Shown here in pieces: positions 58,555-64,000 of a DNA stretch of 64,000 nt; the stretch's first letter is position 1, and every line of letters starts with the position of its first letter. A program made the position numbers and the translations under genes. Source of the stretch: Candidatus Obscuribacterales bacterium (GTDB taxonomy: Bacteria > Cyanobacteriota > Vampirovibrionia > Obscuribacterales > Obscuribacteraceae); the NCBI GenBank assembly GCA_965228855.1, contig CBDDIJ010000002.1, forward strand, positions 2,336,001 through 2,400,000. Direction: 5' to 3'. The notes beneath the pieces are model-generated. The model searched no databases. It saw only the letters and a program-made list of their open reading frames with translations, and was not told where the DNA came from.

Positions 58555-60117
58555 ATGAATAACATTCGACTCGTTGTGTTGTCAGCTTCAGTGCTTGGAT
58601 TGCTGAGTGACTACTTATTTCACGACACTCTATTCAAATCTGTCCCCTGGGGACTAAACCTCTTTGTGTGGCTAATGTCAGTATCTGTTGCATCGTTGAT
58701 CCTTACGTGCCGCACAAAGCCAACCAGCCAGTGGAAGAGTATGTGGTTCCTTGTGCCACCACTCTTCCTGGCTGCTGGTTGTGCCTGGCGCGACTCTGGT
58801 GTTTTACGCATTCTCGATCTAATGTTGATTGCATTCACGCTCAGCGTCGGGGCAACATCGACTATGGGCTGCCGTTTGCCTCATGCGGGCGTGACACAAT
58901 ACTTGCTGTCAATCGCAGTCGCTCTTCAATTTTTATTCAGTCGCCCGATTCAATTATTTTTCGAAGACATTGAGTGGAAAGGAATAATTGATGAGAGTAT
59001 GCGCGCACAAGTAAGCGCGGTGTTAAGAGGGGTGGCAATTGCTTTGCCGGTTCTCGCTGTTTTTGGCGTCTTGTTTGCCTCAGCGGATGCGGCTTTTGCG
59101 ACGCTGCTCGGTAAGACTTTTCAGTTAGATTTCGGTCAAACCGCGACCCATCTTTTGTTAGTCTTTGGATCGGTTTGGGCCGCTGGCGGATATCTGCATG
59201 GTATGTTTAATTTCAGTTTGACAAACGCTGAGTTCGATCTGCCTAGGGAGGAGAGTTTAAAACTGGGTCTGGTAGAAGTGGGCGTAGTCCTCGGTTTGAT
59301 CGATCTGCTGTTCTTGTCGTTTGTCCTGGTTCAGGCGCAATACTTCTTCGGCGGTGCAAATCTCATAGAGGTCACAAACGGAATGACCTATGCAGAATAT
59401 GCTAGACGAGGATTTTTTGAACTCGTTACGGTGGCATCGCTGGTGATACCAGTATTGTTGCTGTTGGATTGGCTTGTCGATAAGGCTTCTGCCGCAGGTG
59501 TCGTAATTATTCGGGCTCTCAGTTGCGTCCAGATCGGTTTGCTCTTTGTAATCATGCTTTCAGCCGTTCAGCGCATGCGGTTATATCAGCATGAATATGG
59601 TATGACCGAATTGCGTTTGTACACCACCGCATTTATGGCCTGGTTGGCAGTCGTATGTGTGATTTTTCTCGCTACGGTTATGCGGGGCGAACGGAAAGCG
59701 TTTGCATTCGCATCTGTTGTTTCCGGCTTGCTGGTTATAGGCGGACTGCACGCGATAAATCCGGACGCGATGATCGTTTCCACTAACATTGATAGAGCCA
59801 GAGACGGAAAACCTTTCGATGTGGATTATGCTCTCAAGCTCAGCAATGATGCGATTCCTACTCTGATCGTCGGCTTGCCGGAGTTGAAACCGGAAGAGCA
59901 GCGAGCGGTTTATACAAAATTGCGGTCCAGTTTCGGTCGTGCCTGGAAGGCTGATTGGCGCGCGTGGAATTGGTCGGGGAGTCGTGCCTTTTCTTCGGCA
60001 AGTGATTATTTAAACCGAACTTCTCCCTCTTCCTTTGACAAAATTTCGCTGTTGCGTACGACAAAGAATGCTTGCGCATCAGAAGGTAAACCGAAAACTG
60101 CAACTCAAATCTTTTAA
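58555..60117 (+). CDS. DUF4173/DUF4153-like multi-TM protein
   Basis: LFASADAAF, QAQYFFGG, TYAEYARRGFFEL, RMRLYQHEYGMTELR, DVDYALKLSNDAIP. Confidence 0.85.
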   Translation: MNNIRLVVLSASVLGLLSDYLFHDTLFKSVPWGLNLFVWLMSVSVASLILTCRTKPTSQWKSMWFLVPPLFLAAGCAWRDSGVLRILDLMLIAFTLSVGATSTMGCRLPHAGVTQYLLSIAVALQFLFSRPIQLFFEDIEWKGIIDESMRAQVSAVLRGVAIALPVLAVFGVLFASADAAFATLLGKTFQLDFGQTATHLLLVFGSVWAAGGYLHGMFNFSLTNAEFDLPREESLKLGLVEVGVVLGLIDLLFLSFVLVQAQYFFGGANLIEVTNGMTYAEYARRGFFELVTVASLVIPVLLLLDWLVDKASAAGVVIIRALSCVQIGLLFVIMLSAVQRMRLYQHEYGMTELRLYTTAFMAWLAVVCVIFLATVMRGERKAFAFASVVSGLLVIGGLHAINPDAMIVSTNIDRARDGKPFDVDYALKLSNDAIPTLIVGLPELKPEEQRAVYTKLRSSFGRAWKADWRAWNWSGSRAFSSASDYLNRTSPSSFDKISLLRTTKNACASEGKPKTATQIF

Positions 60118-60139
60118 CCGGCCTCCTCGCACGACCGCC

Positions 60140-60186
60140 AAAAGGATCACACCCGGTGCAGAATGTCCTGCCCGGGTGTGGTCTTT
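60140..60186. terminator. Probable bidirectional terminator
   Basis: AAAGGATCACACCCGG...CCGGGTGTGGTCTTT between convergent genes. Confidence 0.7.
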
Positions 60187-60210
60187 GATCTGCTAGTTAT
60201 CCTCGTATTC

Positions 60211-61284
60211 TCACATTCCGAGGTAACTGCGGATAGTCGTAAGGATGCCGGGTTGACTGTTGTTCAGATAGTCAACGAATCCGGGGTCCGAATACTGGGA
60301 CCATCCGTAACCGCCATTCCAATTGTTATTGTGATAGGCGGAAAACGAACCTCTCATTTGTGCAAGCAGTTGTTGTTCTTGCAAGGGCGTAATCCGTCCT
60401 GCCAACGCGAGTTGATGTATCCGGTACATATTCTGGGCAAGTTGGTCTCGCTCGACACCCCAGTCTGATGAATAGAGGTAGCCGTTGCCGTAGCCATAAC
60501 CGCCGTTGAGCGGACCCATCCCTAAATAGCCCAAGATTCTATCTAACAGAGATGGCTGATTGACCTGCAGATAATCTAAGAACTGAGGTTCCGAGTAATA
60601 GTCCCAGTTGTATGGACCACTCCAGTTGTTGTTGTGATACGCAAGATATGCTGATTGCATTTGCGCATTTAATTGCTGTTGTTGAAGTGCATTTAGCTTG
60701 GCGATTTGATTGATCTTCCTCAGGTTCGCTTTGAGATAATCGCGCTGATCGTTCCAATTTCTGAATCGCCGATCTAAAGCAGCTTGCTGACGATTGCGGT
60801 CATACCAGCGCTGATCCCGGTGGTTGCTTCTGTCGTTACGATCGCTCCAGTGATTGTCGCGATTGTTCCACCGATTGTCACTCGTCCGTCTGTCCCACCG
60901 ATCGTTGTCATTGCGCGATTGTGGTACTGGCACATTAGCGGCAGGTCTTCGTGCCTTGTTCTGCGCGCGTTGCTGATCACGCTGCGCTTGCTCGATGGCA
61001 CGCTGCTGGTCTCGCTGTCTGACTTCGTTAGCCCTCTGCTGATCCTTTTGTTGATTCATTGCCCGTTGCAAGTCGCGCTGTTGGTCGCGCTGTTGGTCGC
61101 GCTGTTGGCGTTGCACGTCCTTTTGTTGCTGGTTGTTCACCTGCCTCTGAGATAAATCGGCACGTCTCTCAGCGCGACGCTCGGCCTTGCCGCTCTGCCC
61201 ATCTCGAGCCGCGAGGGCCGGCGCTGACGCTGACAGTAACAGCGTCAGACTGAGAAGTAGTTTCAACGACAAAGAAGTATTCAT
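60211..61284 (-). CDS. Hypothetical secreted Q/R/D/N-rich protein with duplicated C-terminal domain
   Basis: Signal peptide; QQRD repeats; two copies of AYHNNNW.G.Y.W..YS.P.F.DYL...QP.....I..YLGM; GGAGG RBS. Confidence 0.78.
   Translation of the reverse strand: MNTSLSLKLLLSLTLLLSASAPALAARDGQSGKAERRAERRADLSQRQVNNQQQKDVQRQQRDQQRDQQRDLQRAMNQQKDQQRANEVRQRDQQRAIEQAQRDQQRAQNKARRPAANVPVPQSRNDNDRWDRRTSDNRWNNRDNHWSDRNDRSNHRDQRWYDRNRQQAALDRRFRNWNDQRDYLKANLRKINQIAKLNALQQQQLNAQMQSAYLAYHNNNWSGPYNWDYYSEPQFLDYLQVNQPSLLDRILGYLGMGPLNGGYGYGNGYLYSSDWGVERDQLAQNMYRIHQLALAGRITPLQEQQLLAQMRGSFSAYHNNNWNGGYGWSQYSDPGFVDYLNNSQPGILTTIRSYLGM
61072..61107. repeat. Perfect 12-bp tandem repeat x3
   Basis: GTCGCGCTGTTG x3, encoding QQRD units on the minus strand. 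Confidence 0.9.
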
Positions 61285-61639
61285 GGGGCCCTCCGCAGGT
61301 CTCACTCAATCTAGGAATAAAAATTACTCAGGAGCCAGGTGGTTCATCCAAGCTGCACTACAAGACGGGCTGCATGCTCTGTTGTTCCATGTTCTTCCGT
61401 AGCATGTTAAACAGCCAGCAGTGCCTTGGTCGGCATGAGGGCGCTTGTGCTTTCGTGTGCCTTGTTTAAGCGGTGAGAGGACACGGACTCAATCCTCTCG
61501 TCTTCGCAGAACATTTAAAAAAGTAAGCCTAATCATTCGTATAACTACCACTGGGGCGATTGACCTGTTCCCAGGTCTGATTTATTGTGGAGGCTGCCCG
61601 AAATCAGTGGCACGTTTCCGACACCTGTGGTGAGAACCG

Positions 61640-62695
61640 ATGTCGAATTTCATTCAGCCGAAAACCGTTGGTTATTTTAGCCTTGTCGCAATAACTCTCT
61701 TCCTGGGGACGGCGCCCGCTGTCGCCCAGTCTGCTGATCCTATGACCGCCGGAAATGCTGCTTATCTCAAAGGCGACTACAAGCTGGCTCGAAAGTATTT
61801 TGCATATGTTTCTGTTAATCGTCCGTCATGGCTGGCCTTTTACCAACTCGCAAATTCGGATGTGAAACTTGGTGATCTCAATCGAGCGGAGCAAGAATAC
61901 AAAAGAAGCATGATGCTGTCGTCTGACAGCAAGGTAATTAAAACGTGTCAAGCTGCTGTCGAAAACATAGCGCATATTCGAAAGTATGGTGCGTCATCGC
62001 CGGCGGTGGCATCCGCGCCTGTCGCGCATCGCTCCGGCACAGTTGCGGCGAACTCTAATGGCGGAATCCCCGCAAACGCTGCTGAGATTGCTGCTGGTAA
62101 CGACATCGTTGCGAAAAAGGCATTGTTGAGAAAACTGCAAGCGGAGCACGAAAAGAATCAATTGGCACTGAAACTCGTTGTTCAAGCCTCGGATGACTTC
62201 ACTAAACGCCGCAAAGAAGCAATTGCTAAGCGTGAGGCGATTTTGAAAGAGGGGCTGGAAGATGCAGAACGCGCTCGTGAAGCTGGTCGTGCCGAGATTA
62301 GAGACAACAGCACTTATCTCTGTCGAAACCGACGAACGGGCGAACTGAGTATAAACATACCTACGGTCATAGAGGAAGACATCGAGGCTAAGTGGGAGGC
62401 TGAAGCGCAGCGCCGCATCAAGAATTCCGAACTTCGCGCAAGAGGTGTCCATATTCCGGACTACGACAATACAGCTCATCACATGCTCAACGGTTTGAAG
62501 GACGATGGTAGAGGGGGGACGCGGATGAGCGCCCAGGGCACGAATCTTCACGTCAGGAATTACGTTCACGAGCCTCGAAGAACTGCTGTTGCTTCTCAAA
62601 ATGCCGGCGCTCAGACCCAGATGCCCACGACAGAGAAGGTTGAGCCGAATAAACAAGTGGCTGGAACTCCGTCAGCATCTACTCCTGCGAAGTAG
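61640..62695 (+). CDS. Hypothetical secreted protein, N-terminal TPR-like plus coiled coil
   Basis: Signal peptide; GNAAYLKGDYKLA...AFYQLANSDVKLGDLNRAEQEY. Confidence 0.75.
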   Translation: MSNFIQPKTVGYFSLVAITLFLGTAPAVAQSADPMTAGNAAYLKGDYKLARKYFAYVSVNRPSWLAFYQLANSDVKLGDLNRAEQEYKRSMMLSSDSKVIKTCQAAVENIAHIRKYGASSPAVASAPVAHRSGTVAANSNGGIPANAAEIAAGNDIVAKKALLRKLQAEHEKNQLALKLVVQASDDFTKRRKEAIAKREAILKEGLEDAERAREAGRAEIRDNSTYLCRNRRTGELSINIPTVIEEDIEAKWEAEAQRRIKNSELRARGVHIPDYDNTAHHMLNGLKDDGRGGTRMSAQGTNLHVRNYVHEPRRTAVASQNAGAQTQMPTTEKVEPNKQVAGTPSASTPAK

Positions 62696-62810
62696 ACCGC
62701 TGCAGGTCAGTCCGCTTCTACTCCATCTCGACTGCATCTCCTCCTCAATGGAAACGCGCCCCTTGTTGGAGGCGCGATTCTGCTTTAGGAGAGTGGAAAA
62801 AACCTTTTTG

Positions 62811-63884
62811 TCAGTTATACCAGCCACGTTGCTCTGCCGCACGACGCATGAACTCCCGCATGACTGCTTGCCTGTTCATTCCGTGTCTGAAGCGCGGACC
62901 ATGATGCATGTAACTTCTGTTGCCATTCATCCATGGTGGCGCATATGGTGCCGGTTGGTTTTGAAGATCGCTGTTGTCGAATGGCACAATTCCGTCGTCG
63001 TCAGCGAACTCCCGTCTCATCATGCTGCTCCGAGTTGATGATGCAACAGTGTTCTGGGCTCCCATCGAATATAGGCGTGCCAGGGTGTTTACGTCCCTCG
63101 CCTTAAGACGTGCCACCTGGTGCTCGTTCACGGTGGGATACATGATATCGGTTGGAACATCGGAGTGACCTTGCAGGCCGAGCGCATGTCCGACTTCGTG
63201 GAGACAGGTTTTGCGCATAGCGTCCTCGTTGAAAGGGCGTCCCATCAGTTCTGTGAGAATGCTGATTTGTGCATTCATAATTTTTCCATCGCCCGTTAAC
63301 TTGTTCTGTTGAACAAGCGTTTTTGTTTGTCCTGCTTCTACTGCTCCCGGACGAATGTTCGGACTGCTAGTCCAGGAAACCATCACATCGGATTTGTTCG
63401 GATTTTGAACTTCGCGCCAGCTCATACTTCCGCTTGAAGAATCGCACCACGCATTGAACGCGTCGATCATCATCTGCCGATATCCTGGTTGGTAGCCAGA
63501 GACGCCGTATCCATCAGCGATATATACATCAATCGGCAGCTTGTCCGGTGACCAGCGAAAGTTTCCCTCGGTGTTTACTGCATCTAGATAGTCGGGCTCG
63601 TCGGCTGTTGATGGTCTATTGGTCGGCGTCATTCCCGGAGGTACAAAACCTCCGGGATAGCCCTGTGGCGTTGAATACGCCTGACGACGTTCACTGAAAA
63701 CTGCCGGTATCTTATTCTGTCCTGGGCGAGCGACTTGCTCAGATTCTTTCTGTTGAACCTGCGTCGCTGTTTGATGAAGCGGAGCAGGCGTTTGAAAGAG
63801 ATAGACGCCGGCGATCGCCCAGACGATTGCCACGATGGTGAATGGCGCTGTCAGTGCCAGCGACCAGAATTTTCTGTTTTCCAT
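62811..63884 (-). CDS. Matrixin-like (M10/metzincin) metalloprotease, membrane-anchored
   Basis: HEVGHALGLQGHS zinc motif, DIMYP Met-turn, N-terminal TM. Confidence 0.9.
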   Translation of the reverse strand: MENRKFWSLALTAPFTIVAIVWAIAGVYLFQTPAPLHQTATQVQQKESEQVARPGQNKIPAVFSERRQAYSTPQGYPGGFVPPGMTPTNRPSTADEPDYLDAVNTEGNFRWSPDKLPIDVYIADGYGVSGYQPGYRQMMIDAFNAWCDSSSGSMSWREVQNPNKSDVMVSWTSSPNIRPGAVEAGQTKTLVQQNKLTGDGKIMNAQISILTELMGRPFNEDAMRKTCLHEVGHALGLQGHSDVPTDIMYPTVNEHQVARLKARDVNTLARLYSMGAQNTVASSTRSSMMRREFADDDGIVPFDNSDLQNQPAPYAPPWMNGNRSYMHHGPRFRHGMNRQAVMREFMRRAAEQRGWYN

Positions 63885-64000
63885 TTTACACCCGAGAGAA
63901 TTGCGCCCACGTGGCCACACGTGGGAAAGCCCGCCCCGAGCCGCTCGTGCTCTGGGCATCTGATTAAGAACATTTGACTATGTGCGAATCTTTTTGTTCC

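Noticed and set aside
48062..62656. Long antisense ORFs (e.g. 48062-48652, 52730-53347, 54648-55076, 61994-62656)
   Set aside because: They are shadows of well-supported genes on the opposite strand and have no motifs of their own.
1..64000. Genome-wide UGA reassignment (genetic code 4 or 25)
   Set aside because: Many genes end cleanly at TGA and no other gene here needs UGA readthrough.
1..64000. tRNA (including tRNA-Sec), rRNA, CRISPR array, IS elements, selA/selB/selD
   Set aside because: None recognised by eye; the GGTTCGAATC near 44211 lies inside the RND gene without a cloverleaf. A covariance search could still find RNAs I missed.

Overview
Gene-dense bacterial chromosomal window with no recognisable rRNA, tRNA, CRISPR array, transposase or prophage. 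Gene content and style (Rcp1-like receiver, ethylene-receptor-like kinase, many orphan secreted and TPR proteins, no photosynthesis genes) suggest a non-photosynthetic Cyanobacteriota lineage such as Vampirovibrionia/Obscuribacterales; this is an inference. Housekeeping genes include dxs, recR, ybaB, def, an rRNA pseudouridine synthase and dinB. The standout is a gene the ORF track splits in two: msrA (9571-10128, minus strand), whose catalytic GCFWG Cys codon is an in-frame TGA followed by a SECIS-like hairpin, i.e. a probable selenocysteine MsrA with an N-terminal membrane/export segment. It is the last gene of a small redox module (DsrE-like, PNPOx-like flavoprotein, TetR) with two near-identical palindromic operators inside two sigma70-type promoters. 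A second block (about 21.8-37.5 kb) groups Ku/LigD, a glycogen debranching enzyme, GT4, patatin, a kinase with a degenerate ethylene-receptor-like sensor, an XRE-REC regulator and a divergent sigma factor, with three TGTAG-N8-(C/G)TACA sites in their shared promoter region. The rest comprises ABC and RND transporters, TPR/Sel1 proteins, pirin, an ArsC/Spx-like protein, an SF2 helicase with a hydrophobic segment, an OmpR-type gene remnant and orphan repeat proteins. All calls come from reading motifs by eye; no searches were run.
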